From Candidatus Sericytochromatia bacterium (lineage in GTDB: Bacteria; Cyanobacteriota; Sericytochromatia; S15B-MN24; UBA4093), in contig JAKFCT010000032.1 in assembly GCA_036676495.1 (NCBI GenBank), forward strand, positions 1 to 26,466: DNA of 26,466 bases, given 5' to 3'. This document shows positions 1 to 9,323 of this stretch, one piece after another. The position numbers and the translations under genes are program-made. Under the pieces are notes generated by a model, which worked only from the letters and a program-made list of their open reading frames with translations, was not told where the DNA came from and ran no database searches. The stretch's first letter is position 1. Every line of letters begins with the position of its first letter.

Positions 1-1
1 T

Positions 2-178
<177 letters not shown>

Positions 179-185
179 GACCCTC

Positions 186-220
186 AAGCCCCCCTCGGAG
201 TCCGAGGGGGGCTTCCTTTT
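186..220 (+). terminator. Rho-independent terminator of rpoD
   Basis: Perfect inverted repeat AAGCCCCCCTCGGA (186-199) / TCCGAGGGGGGCTT (201-214), followed by CCTTTT. Lies between convergent genes. Confidence 0.85.
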
Positions 221-233
221 AGCTAGCCCGCTT

Positions 234-1460
234 TCAGGCGAAGACCTCGTCCAGCCAGTCGAGGGAAACGGCCGCCGAGTAGGCGAGGTTCCCCGACTGG
301 CAGTGGCCGTCGGCGCCCTCCTCCGCGGTGAAGACATGGGACGCGGTCGGTCCGGAGACCCGCTTCAGGAAGCGATCGAACTGCATGCGCGGCTCCTTGC
401 CCTCGCCGCTACCGAGCAGTGCGAGAGTCGGGCAGGCAATCCGTCCGAGGTCGGCATCGTCCACCCGAAAGTCCCTCAGGCGCTGGTAGGTTTGCTTGAA
501 GCTGTCCCGTCCGATCCGCAGCATGAGGTTGCGGGCCATCTCGCGCACCTGGACCGGCGCCACCGCGTCCGGGAGCTGGTCGACGTCCCCCACGCCGAAA
601 TCGTCGGAATCGGGCATCTGAGCGGGATCGAAGCCGACGAAGGACGTCATGTAGGCGTGCAGGTCGACGATCGGCGAGTTGGGGATGAGCGCCCGGAAGC
701 GGGGATCATGCGCCGCCATGCGGGTCGCGAAGTAGCCGCCGAAGCTGATCCCCATCAACGCCACCCGCGCGGGATCGGTCTCGGAGCGCGAGAGCACGTG
801 ATCGAGCGCGAGCGTGCCGACGCGCTCGAACTCCGGGATGAAGGAGAGCCCGGGGTGGAAGCGAAGGGTGTCCATCTGGCCGGGGCCCGCGAACAAGAAA
901 ACGTGATAGCCCCGCTCCAGCGCAGACCGGCCGTAGGCCAGGTAGGTCTCCTCCAGGGAGCCATCGTAACCACTGACGATCATCAAGGTCTTGCGCTCGG
1001 CGTTCGCCTTGTCGGGACGCAGGTAATAGGCGGGCAGCGACTTGTCTCCGTAAGGCAGCGAAACGACCTCGAAGACGTGGTCCAAGAGCGTCATGGCCTC
1101 CAGAAAGCACTCCCGGCTCTTGAGGCCGTAAGCGGCATGCTTGGGGTCGGCCACGCCGGTATAGTACTCCGCCGCGCGGTAGGAATTGCTGGCGACCAGG
1201 TACTGCTCCCGGGCGCTGACACGATGATTTCGGCTTGCGCGCTTCTGCGCGTCGGCCTCCTGGCGGGCCGCGGCCGCGGCGAAGGCCGCGACCCAGCTGG
1301 CGGGAACGCCATTCGTGATGCGCTGCGCCAGGGCGAGGCATTCGCCCACCGAGGCTCCTCCGTAGCGGGCCGAGCCCAACTGGCGGATCAATTGAAAGTC
1401 CATTTCGGCGTCGTCGAAGCCCTTGACGCGGGTCAACCCGCGCTCCAAGCCCTCTTGCAT
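234..1460 (-). CDS. Alpha/beta hydrolase (FrsA / 2,6-dihydropseudooxynicotine-hydrolase-like esterase family)
   Basis: Nucleophile elbow GISFGG, GYDG and GPGQ motifs, C-terminal GADGHCQ catalytic His. GAGGAGG SD upstream of the ATG. Confidence 0.85.
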   Translation of the reverse strand: MQEGLERGLTRVKGFDDAEMDFQLIRQLGSARYGGASVGECLALAQRITNGVPASWVAAFAAAAARQEADAQKRASRNHRVSAREQYLVASNSYRAAEYYTGVADPKHAAYGLKSRECFLEAMTLLDHVFEVVSLPYGDKSLPAYYLRPDKANAERKTLMIVSGYDGSLEETYLAYGRSALERGYHVFLFAGPGQMDTLRFHPGLSFIPEFERVGTLALDHVLSRSETDPARVALMGISFGGYFATRMAAHDPRFRALIPNSPIVDLHAYMTSFVGFDPAQMPDSDDFGVGDVDQLPDAVAPVQVREMARNLMLRIGRDSFKQTYQRLRDFRVDDADLGRIACPTLALLGSGEGKEPRMQFDRFLKRVSGPTASHVFTAEEGADGHCQSGNLAYSAAVSLDWLDEVFA

Positions 1461-1751
1461 GGCATCCTCCTCGGTGGAATGGCGAGGTCTCTTCTGCGAC
1501 TCGGAGGAGCCCCCAGCGCCATGAGCGAGGCGCTCCGCGCCTCCGTCCCGGCCATCGCCGCGGCGATGAAATGGCGGCGCGAAAGCAGACGAATGACGTG
1601 AGGCCGATGGCTCCCTCGGGTTTTATTCCCGGGCCCTTGGCACGGCGAACATGGCAGCAGGCGAGAGGCCAAGAGGCAAGTTGAATGAGCGCGTTGCCAC
1701 GAGGTTTGATCGACGCCTCCGAGGGGGAATAAGAAGGACGGAGGTACGCCC

Positions 1752-2450
1752 TTGAATCCGCCCCCCGATCATCCCCCCAAACCGCCTTCCGAGGCCTCCA
1801 TCGAACCACTCGTCTCCCTGCCTGGGCCAGCGCCGGCACCCGGGGAGAAACCGGGTGATGCCGGGGAACCGAACGTCTCGATGGAGACCCGCGTTCCGGC
1901 GAGCGGCTCGCCGAAACCGACGCGGCGCGCCAAGACCGAGGACTTTGCCTTTCTCTCGCGGATCCCGACCCGAAAGCCCGAGACCTTCGACGGCGACGCC
2001 ATCATGCGCGCCGTCTGGATGGTCGGCGGGCTGGCGATGGGACTCTGGCTGATCACGTTCTTCGCGAGGCCCAACGCTCCCGTCGTGCCCGCCATCGAGC
2101 CCCCTCCCGAGGCCGTCGCCGAGGAAGCTCCGCCGATCGTCATGCCGGGGAAAGAACCGCTTCCCGTCCCCGAGGCCATCTCGCTCACGCCCGAGCCCGC
2201 CTGGACTCCGGCACCCGTCGAAACACCGGCCTTCCAGGCTCCCGTGCAACCCCCCGTACAGGCCCCGGCGTTGCGAACCCCCATGCGCGATCCGGCCATG
2301 CCGATGCAAGCCCCGGCTTTGCGAGCCCCGGCAATGCGAGCCCCGGTCGCGCAACCCCGCACCGAGTACGCCATGCCGGACGCCGGAGGCGCCCCTCCAC
2401 CGACTTCGGCGGACATGCCGGATCCCAGCAACCTCTTTCCCAGCGAATAG
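1752..2450 (+). CDS. Hypothetical Pro-rich single-pass membrane protein
   Basis: TTG start after GGAGG SD. One hydrophobic span (AVWMVGGLAMGLWLITFFA) flanked by Pro/Ala-rich low-complexity sequence. Ends before a bidirectional terminator. Confidence 0.65.
   Translation: MNPPPDHPPKPPSEASIEPLVSLPGPAPAPGEKPGDAGEPNVSMETRVPASGSPKPTRRAKTEDFAFLSRIPTRKPETFDGDAIMRAVWMVGGLAMGLWLITFFARPNAPVVPAIEPPPEAVAEEAPPIVMPGKEPLPVPEAISLTPEPAWTPAPVETPAFQAPVQPPVQAPALRTPMRDPAMPMQAPALRAPAMRAPVAQPRTEYAMPDAGGAPPPTSADMPDPSNLFPSE
2310..2354 (+). repeat. Imperfect 15-bp coding tandem repeat (APALR/APAMR/APVAQ)
   Basis: GCCCCGGCTTTGCGA / GCCCCGGCAATGCGA / GCCCCGGTCGCGCAA, with a fourth copy GCCCCGGCGTTGCGA at 2262-2276. Confidence 0.7.
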
Positions 2451-2530
2451 CGCCTGCGGCTAGCGCCCGCGGCTAGGGTTGGGAATGCGTAGCTGTCCTG
2501 CAGCAACGACGATCGCTCCAAGGAACCGAC

Positions 2531-2567
2531 AAAAAAAGCCCGGATGCTGCGTAGCATCCGGGCTTTT
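2531..2567. terminator. Bidirectional Rho-independent terminator
   Basis: AAAAAAAGCCCGGATGCT-GCGT-AGCATCCGGGCTTTT, with A/T tracts on both sides, between convergent genes. Confidence 0.9.
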
Positions 2568-2582
2568 CAAGTGAGGGAGCGG

Positions 2583-4286
2583 CTAGCGGGTCGCCCCGGC
2601 GGGAAGGACCTCCCAGTTCTTGCGGAAGACGTCCTGAGGCTCGATGCTCTCGCGCTTGCGGAGGTACTCGATCAAGAGCTCGCGGATGCTCTCTTCCTTG
2701 CTGTAGACCACGGGAGCGTCCTTGAACATCTCGTAGCCGCCACCGCCGCGCTGGCGGTAGGAGTTCATGGCCAAGGTGAAGGTCTGACCCTCGCGGACCG
2801 GCTTGCCCTGGTACTCCAGCTTGACGATCCGCTTGCCGATCGGCTTGCTGCGGTCGATGAGGTAGTCGACCCCCACGATCATGTCGTAGTTGTAGCCGCG
2901 AACCTCGGGATTGATGAGCGGGAGGCCCGGCTCCGCGGCGTTGTAGAAGCGCGCCGTGTGCTCGAGGTACTCCTTGAGCTGCTTGCCGGTGACCAGGATG
3001 GCGACCAGGTTGTTCTCGTAGGGATAGACCGAGGCGATGTCCGCGATCGAGATGTTGCCCTTCTCCAGCACGGCCTCGGTATTGAACGACGCCGCCGAGG
3101 AGAGCTGGGCGCCGGTGGCTTCCAGCTGGACCTGGTTGATCAGGTCGACCAGCGGGGTGTCCTGAACCTGAGAGTTCTTGGCGGACCAGGAGGTCGAGGT
3201 CTTGGCGATCGAGCTCCGGACGTAGGCCAGGGTCGCCTCATGGGCGGCCTTGGTGGCGTCGAGGATCTCGGGCGCCGGGGCGACGCCCTGGGTGGAGCGA
3301 GTTTCGGTCTTCTTGGAGACGACCTTCCACTTGCCGTTCTGCTTGGAGAGTTTCAGGTGGGCGATCGCCAGGTGCTCGCCCCACTTGCCGGCCTGACAGC
3401 AAGCCACGCCCTCGGGGGTCAGCTCGCTGGGAATGTCCTGGTGCGAATGGCCCGCGAAAATCACGTCGATCTCGGGGAAGAGCCGGGCCAGTTCCAGCCC
3501 GACGTTCTCGGGGGGCAGACCGGAAGAGGCCGAGTACCCCGAGTAGGCGGGGCCGAACTTACCGCCCAGCCCGCTGTGGGGGTTGGCGATGATGACATCG
3601 GCGCCCTGCTTTTTGAGCTCGGGGATCCAGCGCTTGGCCGCCACGAGGATGTCGCCCACGTCGATCTTGCCCTCGACGTTGGCCTTGTCCCAGACGGTGA
3701 TGCCCGGAGGCGCGAAGCTGACGATGCCCACCTTGACGCCCGCCACCTCTTGGATGTGGTAGGGCTTGAAAAAGGGAGCCGGCTGATCCTTGGTGCCGAG
3801 CTGCTTCTGGTAGGTGTACTCCGGCTTCAGGCCGTAGATATTGCCCGAGATGAGCGGGAACTTGGCCTCGGAGTAGGAACGGATGAGATGAGGCAGGCCG
3901 AAGTTGAACTCGTGGTTACCCACGCCGGCCACCGTGTAGCCCATGACGTTCATGGCCTGGATCATGGGGTTGGGGCCGGGGGTCTTCGCCACCTTGGCCT
4001 GGTAGTAAGCCAGGGGAGAGCCCTGGAGCATATCCCCGGAATCCACCAAGAGGGTGTTCGGGTTCTTGGCCCGGGCTTCCTTGATCAAGGTGTAGAGCTT
4101 GGCCAGACCGACGTCTTCGGCCGCATCCCCGTTGAAGTAGGTGGTGGGGTAGATATGGCCATGGACGTCCGTGGTGCCCAAGAGCGTGAGTTCGACCGTC
4201 TGGGGAGCGGCTGCCGTCGCAGGCGCTGCGAGTGTCACGGCAAGCCCCAAAAAGACCGCCATCTGACCGTGCTTACGATGAATCAA
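2583..4286 (-). CDS. Secreted bifunctional 2',3'-cyclic-nucleotide 2'-phosphodiesterase / 5'(3')-nucleotidase (CpdB/UshA family)
   Basis: Signal peptide; metallophosphoesterase motifs TTDVHG, DSGDMLQG, GNHEFN, HSG, GHSH; C-terminal 5'-nucleotidase domain (YPYENN, NSYRQRGGGGY). TTG start with AGGAGG SD. Confidence 0.92.
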   Translation of the reverse strand: MIHRKHGQMAVFLGLAVTLAAPATAAAPQTVELTLLGTTDVHGHIYPTTYFNGDAAEDVGLAKLYTLIKEARAKNPNTLLVDSGDMLQGSPLAYYQAKVAKTPGPNPMIQAMNVMGYTVAGVGNHEFNFGLPHLIRSYSEAKFPLISGNIYGLKPEYTYQKQLGTKDQPAPFFKPYHIQEVAGVKVGIVSFAPPGITVWDKANVEGKIDVGDILVAAKRWIPELKKQGADVIIANPHSGLGGKFGPAYSGYSASSGLPPENVGLELARLFPEIDVIFAGHSHQDIPSELTPEGVACCQAGKWGEHLAIAHLKLSKQNGKWKVVSKKTETRSTQGVAPAPEILDATKAAHEATLAYVRSSIAKTSTSWSAKNSQVQDTPLVDLINQVQLEATGAQLSSAASFNTEAVLEKGNISIADIASVYPYENNLVAILVTGKQLKEYLEHTARFYNAAEPGLPLINPEVRGYNYDMIVGVDYLIDRSKPIGKRIVKLEYQGKPVREGQTFTLAMNSYRQRGGGGYEMFKDAPVVYSKEESIRELLIEYLRKRESIEPQDVFRKNWEVLPAGATR

Positions 4287-4339
4287 GCCATCCTCCTGAG
4301 TCGCCGCATGAATTCCGCCGAAAACCTGATCCTTCCCCG

Positions 4340-4348
4340 ATTATAGCA
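4340..4348 (-). promoter_or_regulatory. Extended -10 promoter (TGcTATAAT) for the nucleotidase gene
   Basis: Minus strand reads TGCTATAAT about 55 nt upstream of the start, a perfect TGn-TATAAT in a GC-rich background. Confidence 0.6.
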
Positions 4349-4418
4349 GTGGCCAGCTCCATTGGATAGGGAGCGAATGCCGCCCCTGGGTTCATCCGGA
4401 GGGGTCAGGCCCAGACCG

Positions 4419-5642
4419 CTACAGCGGATCGAGGATGGCCCGCGCGATATCCACCCGCCCGTGGCCGGAGTAGGGGTCGAGGCCCTTCTGGATCACGTCC
4501 TTGGCCGTCTTTTCGAGCCGCTCCTTGACCTGCGCCTGCGTCCACTGCGGGTACTGGCTGCGCACCAGCGCGGCGGCACCTGCGACGAGCGGAGAAGCCA
4601 TCGAGGTGCCCTGCATGATCCGGTAGCCGTTCCCCTTGGAGAGCGGATAGGTCGAGAGGATGCCCTCACCGGGCGCGGCCAGGGAGACCCAGTCGCCCCA
4701 GGTCGAGAAGGACGCCCAGCGGTCGTCGGCATTGGTGGCGGAAACGCCGATCACCCCGGGGCTGGCGCCCGGCCAGGCCTTGGAGTCGTTCTTGCCGGAG
4801 TTGCCGACGGCGGCCACGAAGACCACGTCCTTGTCCAGGGCGAACTGGTAGGCGTCGAGCGAGGCCTGGCCGGGAAGGGTGCTGCCCCAGCTGGCGTTGA
4901 TGACCTTGGCGCCGTGCTCGACCGCCCAGATCACCGCCGCGGTCGAGCCGCCGGTCGTGGAGTGGCCGAAGTTATTGAAGATCCGCACGGGCATGAGCTT
5001 GCAGCCCGGGGCGACCCCGGCGATGCCCATCCCGTTGCCCGCCGCAGCCCCGATCACCCCCGCCACGTGGGTCCCGTGGCCGTAGCCGTCCACGGTCCCG
5101 CCCGGCTTCGGCTCCTTTTCGGAGAAGTCGTAACCCGGCACGAGCTGGCCCGCGAACTCCGGATGTGCGGCGTCGATGCCCGAGTCGATCACCGCCACGA
5201 CCACGTCGGCGGCGCCCTGCTGGACGCCCCAGGCGCGATCGGCCCCGGTGATCTCGATGCCGTACTGCGCCGGCAGCAGCGGGTCGTTGAAAAGCGCCCC
5301 GCTGCGGGCGCGCACGCCCTCCGGGGCGGGAGCGGTCTTCAGAGGAGGGAGGCGGAAGGCCATGTTGGGCTCGGCCCAGACGGCCGAATCATCGGCTTCC
5401 AGGACGTCCAGCGGGCTCGTCCCCTTGAAGAGGTAGATGCCGAGACCGATGGTCTGCACGAGCTGGAGGCCGTGGCGGCGGGCGTAGGCCTGGGGCGAGA
5501 CCCCCTTCTTGAGGCGGACGAGCGTCTCACCGGCGATCGCCCGCGGAGCGAAGCTCGTCTCCGATGACGTGCCGATCGACGGAAGCGCGGAGCCGCACCC
5601 CGCCAGCAACGAGACCCCGAGAACGACCGCAACAAGACGCAT
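4419..5642 (-). CDS. Subtilisin-like S8 serine peptidase, predicted lipoprotein
   Basis: Lipobox LLAGC; catalytic triad motifs VIDSG, HGTHVAG, GTSMASP; oxyanion AAVGN. Confidence 0.93.
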   Translation of the reverse strand: MRLVAVVLGVSLLAGCGSALPSIGTSSETSFAPRAIAGETLVRLKKGVSPQAYARRHGLQLVQTIGLGIYLFKGTSPLDVLEADDSAVWAEPNMAFRLPPLKTAPAPEGVRARSGALFNDPLLPAQYGIEITGADRAWGVQQGAADVVVAVIDSGIDAAHPEFAGQLVPGYDFSEKEPKPGGTVDGYGHGTHVAGVIGAAAGNGMGIAGVAPGCKLMPVRIFNNFGHSTTGGSTAAVIWAVEHGAKVINASWGSTLPGQASLDAYQFALDKDVVFVAAVGNSGKNDSKAWPGASPGVIGVSATNADDRWASFSTWGDWVSLAAPGEGILSTYPLSKGNGYRIMQGTSMASPLVAGAAALVRSQYPQWTQAQVKERLEKTAKDVIQKGLDPYSGHGRVDIARAILDPL

Positions 5643-5669
5643 GCATGGCCTCCTTCAACGACGCAAACA

Positions 5670-5684
5670 TTAAGAACTGATTAA
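5670..5684. promoter_or_regulatory. Putative operator TTAA-N7-TTAA, copy 1 (upstream of S8 peptidase)
   Basis: TTAAGAACTGATTAA, 13/15 identical to 14620-14634. Confidence 0.45.
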
Positions 5685-5716
5685 ACCCGATCGGCGCGAA
5701 GGAGGCAAGCCCAGGG

Positions 5717-7249
5717 CTAGGCCTTGCCGCGGTCGAGCATGCGGTACTGGATGGCCTCGGCCACGTGCCCGGCCTGGATGGCCTCGGAGGCGGAGAGATC
5801 CGCGATGGTGCGGGACACTTTCAGGATCCGGTCGTAGGAGCGCGCCGACAGCGAGAGCTGGGCGATCGCCCGCCGCAAGAGGCCCTCTCCGGCCGCGTCC
5901 AGCCGGCAATGCTCCCGGATCAGCCGGGAGGTCATCGCGGAGTTGGAGTGAACGCCCCGGATCCCCCGAAAACGGACGATCTGCCGCTCCCGGGCGGCCA
6001 GGACCCGCTCCCGGATGCGCTCCGAGGACTCGGCGGGCTCGCGCTTCAGCAACTCTTCCTGGCTGAGGCGCGGCACGGCAATCTGCAGATCGATCCGATC
6101 GAGCAGCGGCCCCGAGAGCCGAGACCAGTAGCGCTCGGCTTGAAGCTCGGAGCAGGCGCACGGCCTCAAGGCGTCTCCGCGGTAGCCGCAGGGGCAAGGA
6201 TTGCTCGCCGCCACCAGCGTGAAGTCGGCCGGGTACGTCAGCGAGACCCGGGCCCGGCTGATCGTCACGCGCCGATCCTCCAGGGGCTGGCGCATGACCT
6301 CCAGCACCGCGCGGGAAAACTCGTTGAACTCGTCGAGGAAAAGGATGCCATGGTGGCTGAGGCTGACCTCCCCGGGGCGCGCGTTGGCCGCCCCGCCCAC
6401 CAGACCGGCCGGCGAGATCGAGTGATGGGGGCTGCGAAAGGGGCGCCGGGTCAAGAGGGGCAGCTCGCCGCTGAGCAAGCCCGCGGTCGAATAGATCGTG
6501 CTCACCTCGAGGCACTCCTCCCGGCTCAAGGGCGGGAGGATCCCCGGCAAGCGCCGAGCGAGCATGGTCTTTCCCGAGCCCGGAGCGCCCACCAGCAAAA
6601 CGTTATGGCTGCCCGCCGCCGACACCTCCAAGGCCCGGCGGGCCTGGGCTTGCCCCTTGACCTCGGAGAAATCGGCGCCAGGCGGCTCCGCGGCGTCGAA
6701 GAGCCCCGCGCCCTCGGCCCGGAACGGCTCCCGCGCGGTGGGATCGCGGAGCACGGCGCAGACGTCCCGCAGCTGCTCCAACCCGTAGACCGTCAGGCCC
6801 TCCACCAGGGAGGCCTCGCGGGCATTCGCCAGCGGCACGACGATCACCGTGATCCCGGCCCGCTGGGCTGCCAAGGCGATGGGCAGCACGCCCGTGACGG
6901 GGCGGAGATGGCCATCGAGCGAGAGCTCTCCCATGATCAGGACCCGCGAGAGGTGCGCGGAGGCGAGCTGACCGCTGGCCGCGAGGATGCCGACGGCGAT
7001 GGGAAGATCGTAGAGGGGGCCGACCTTGCGGATGTCGGCGGGGGCGAGGTTGATGGTCACGCGCTCGTAGGGAAAGTCATGGCCGGAATTGCGCAGGGCG
7101 GCCCGGACGCGATCCCGGCTCTCCTGGATGGCCGCGTCGCCCAACCCCACGACGACGACAGCGGGCAGCCCCCCCGAGACGTCCACCTCGACGTCCACCA
7201 GGCAGCCTTCGACTCCCAGGACGGCCCCGGATTTGGTGATGGCGAGCAT
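5717..7249 (-). CDS. comM: YifB/ComM family Mg-chelatase-like AAA+ ATPase
   Basis: Typical N-terminus ([10 protein letters not shown]...ESRDRV...TINLAPAD), Walker [15 protein letters not shown], Walker [21 protein letters not shown]. Start reassigned to the ATG at 7249 with GGAGGGAG SD; the track start at 7306 looks over-extended. Confidence 0.93.
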   Translation of the reverse strand: MLAITKSGAVLGVEGCLVDVEVDVSGGLPAVVVVGLGDAAIQESRDRVRAALRNSGHDFPYERVTINLAPADIRKVGPLYDLPIAVGILAASGQLASAHLSRVLIMGELSLDGHLRPVTGVLPIALAAQRAGITVIVVPLANAREASLVEGLTVYGLEQLRDVCAVLRDPTAREPFRAEGAGLFDAAEPPGADFSEVKGQAQARRALEVSAAGSHNVLLVGAPGSGKTMLARRLPGILPPLSREECLEVSTIYSTAGLLSGELPLLTRRPFRSPHHSISPAGLVGGAANARPGEVSLSHHGILFLDEFNEFSRAVLEVMRQPLEDRRVTISRARVSLTYPADFTLVAASNPCPCGYRGDALRPCACSELQAERYWSRLSGPLLDRIDLQIAVPRLSQEELLKREPAESSERIRERVLAARERQIVRFRGIRGVHSNSAMTSRLIREHCRLDAAGEGLLRRAIAQLSLSARSYDRILKVSRTIADLSASEAIQAGHVAEAIQYRMLDRGKA

Positions 7250-7343
7250 GACTCCCTCCGACAACCGAACGACTGATATGCCGACGAAATATGACCATCC
7301 TATCACGACGGTTGATCGCTCGGATCGGATCCAGCGGGCATGA

Positions 7344-7373
7344 TTGACACGGCGGATCCGGCTTCGCTAGACT
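7344..7373 (+). promoter_or_regulatory. Sigma-70 promoter for NYN gene
   Basis: TTGACA (7344-7349), 18-nt spacer, TAGACT (7368-7373). Confidence 0.6.
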
Positions 7374-7433
7374 GCCTACTGTTATGTTGACCTGCCGCGG
7401 GGCGCGGGGGTTTTTCAATGAGGAGGCTTCTTC

Positions 7434-8027
7434 GTGGAGCGCGTGGCCATTTTCATCGACGAGGGGTACTTGAACAAGGCCCTGGAGAGCCTGGGACGTC
7501 CGAGGCTGGACTACGGGCGGTTCATCGAGGCGATCCAGGGGGACATGCCCCTGCTGCGGACCTACTATTACTACTGCATGCCGTACCAGTCTCCGACTCC
7601 CACGCCCGAAGAGCGGAACATGTACCAGTCCAAGCTCTCCTTCGTGCGCTACCTGTCGCGCCTGCCGCGCTTCGAGCTGCGCCAGGGGCGGCTGATCAAG
7701 CGCGGGACGGAGTACGTGCAGCGCCGCGTGGACATCATGCTGGCCTCGGATCTGGTCCGGCTGGCCATCAGCGGCCAGATCAAGGAGGCGGTCCTGGTGG
7801 CGGGGGATTCGGACTTCGTGCCGGCGATCGCGATCGCCAAGGACGCCGGAGTGCTGGTGACCCTATGCTACGCGCCCGGAGCCGCCCATGACGAGCTGCT
7901 CGACGCCTGCGACGAGCTGGTGCCGCTCACCCGCGACCTGCTGGAGGACTGCCTGCGCGCGGCTCCGCCGGCCAACGGCTCCTCGGCCTCCCCGGCCGGG
8001 GCTCCCCCCGAGGCGATCGCCCGCTAA
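7434..8027 (+). CDS. NYN-domain (LabA/DUF88, PIN-like) ribonuclease
   Basis: Motifs IFIDEGYL, QRRVDIMLASD (a variant of the usual QKGVD), LVAGDSDFVP and L..ACD. GTG start with GAGGAGG SD. Confidence 0.9.
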   Translation: MERVAIFIDEGYLNKALESLGRPRLDYGRFIEAIQGDMPLLRTYYYYCMPYQSPTPTPEERNMYQSKLSFVRYLSRLPRFELRQGRLIKRGTEYVQRRVDIMLASDLVRLAISGQIKEAVLVAGDSDFVPAIAIAKDAGVLVTLCYAPGAAHDELLDACDELVPLTRDLLEDCLRAAPPANGSSASPAGAPPEAIAR

Positions 8028-8033
8028 CCCTCG

Positions 8034-9149
8034 CTACTTCGCCACCTCCGGGTGCCATTCCAGCCAGCGCATCACGTCGCTCTGGCTGAGGATTCCCACG
8101 AGCTCCCCGTCCTGAACCACGGGGAGCCTTCCCACGCCCAGCTGGCTAAACCGCTCCAGGGCTTCGGCGACGGTGGTCTCGGGGCCGAGCGCCTGCTCCT
8201 CGCCGAGGGGGAGCATCAGCTCGGAGACCCGGATCCGGGGCCATTCCCCCGAAGGCACGCGCTTGACGTCGGTGGCCTGGAGGAGGCCGTGAAGATGGCC
8301 GTCCGCGACGGGATACCCTCCGAAGGGGTGGTGGGAAAGCGTCGTCTCCACCGCGTCCCGGACGGTCATCTCGGGGTGCAGGGTCTGGACGTTGCGGCTC
8401 ATGAGGTCGGCGACGCCGACGTGGCTGAGGGCGTCGCGGATCACCAGATCCCCGTAGGAGCTGCTCGCCGCCTGGAACAAGAGGTAGCCGAGGAAGCCGA
8501 TCCAGACTGCGCCGAAGAGATCGCCGTTGACGAAGCGGAAGATCGCCCATGCGAAGAGCAGCCCCGCGATGATCTGTCCTCCCCGGGTGGCGATGCGGGT
8601 GGCCCGGCGGTGGCTCCCGGTGATCTGCCAGGCCGCCGCGCGCAGGACCCGGCCTCCATCGAGCGGGAAGCCCGGGAGCATGTTGAAGAGGGCCAGCGCG
8701 AGGTTCACGACGGCCAGCCACTGGAAGACGATCGTCAGGGGCACGTTGCCGAGGCCCGCAGTGAGGAGGGAGAGCCCCCAGCTCACGGCGCTCAGCAGAA
8801 CGCTCATAAGCGGGCCCGCGATGCCGACCCAGAACTCCACCTTGGCGCTCGGCATCTCCGCGGTTGCCTCGGAGACGCCCCCGAAGATGAAGAGCACGAT
8901 CCGGCGGACCTCGAGGCCGTAGTGCCGGCTCACCAGGGAGTGCGAGAGCTCATGGAGCAGGAGCGAGCCGAAGAACGCGAAGGTCGTGCCCAGCCCCATC
9001 AGCCAGTAGACCCCGCTGTCGAGCCCCGGCACGATCGCCGGGAAGAGCGCGGCGGAAAGCGACCAGAGGATCAGGGCGAAGATCACCAGCCATGAGGCGT
9101 TCACCTCGATGGGGATGCCGAACGCTCTCCCAATCCGGAACCCACGCAT
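8034..9149 (-). CDS. Site-2 protease (M50) with C-terminal CBS pair
   Basis: HELSH zinc motif, AGP, FNMLPGFPLDGGR, multiple TM helices, two CBS repeats (LMSRNVQTL..., LPVVQDGELVGILS). Confidence 0.93.
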   Translation of the reverse strand: MRGFRIGRAFGIPIEVNASWLVIFALILWSLSAALFPAIVPGLDSGVYWLMGLGTTFAFFGSLLLHELSHSLVSRHYGLEVRRIVLFIFGGVSEATAEMPSAKVEFWVGIAGPLMSVLLSAVSWGLSLLTAGLGNVPLTIVFQWLAVVNLALALFNMLPGFPLDGGRVLRAAAWQITGSHRRATRIATRGGQIIAGLLFAWAIFRFVNGDLFGAVWIGFLGYLLFQAASSSYGDLVIRDALSHVGVADLMSRNVQTLHPEMTVRDAVETTLSHHPFGGYPVADGHLHGLLQATDVKRVPSGEWPRIRVSELMLPLGEEQALGPETTVAEALERFSQLGVGRLPVVQDGELVGILSQSDVMRWLEWHPEVAK

Positions 9150-9181
9150 GGCGTCCTCCTCTCCGTCGATTCACGAAACTT

Positions 9182-9210
9182 AATATAAAGACGCCTCCCG
9201 TGGGGGTCAA
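9182..9210 (-). promoter_or_regulatory. Sigma-70 promoter for site-2 protease
   Basis: Minus strand TTGACC, 17-nt spacer, TATATT. Confidence 0.65.
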
Positions 9211-9246
9211 GGCACGGTGGGGATGCCGCACTCGGGCACCCGTCCC

Positions 9247-9275
9247 TTGTGTCGGCATGGAGGGAAATTTAAACT
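9247..9275 (+). promoter_or_regulatory. Putative sigma-70 promoter for hsp20
   Basis: TTGTGT, 17-nt spacer, TAAACT, about 48 nt upstream of the ATG. Confidence 0.5.
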
Positions 9276-9323
9276 GCGACTGCGGAGTCATGAGTTTCCC
9301 GGCCGCGCCGGGAGGAGGTCGCC

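Noticed and set aside
1521-1601. Small + strand ORF MSEALRASVPAIAAAMKWRRESRRMT after GGAGGAG
   Set aside because: SD spacing is long (11 nt), the apparent SD is the complement of the hydrolase anti-SD, and there is no other support.
9150-9323. CIRCE/HrcA operator upstream of hsp20
   Set aside because: No TTAGCACTC-N9-GAGTGCTAA match; only a GCACTC fragment is present.
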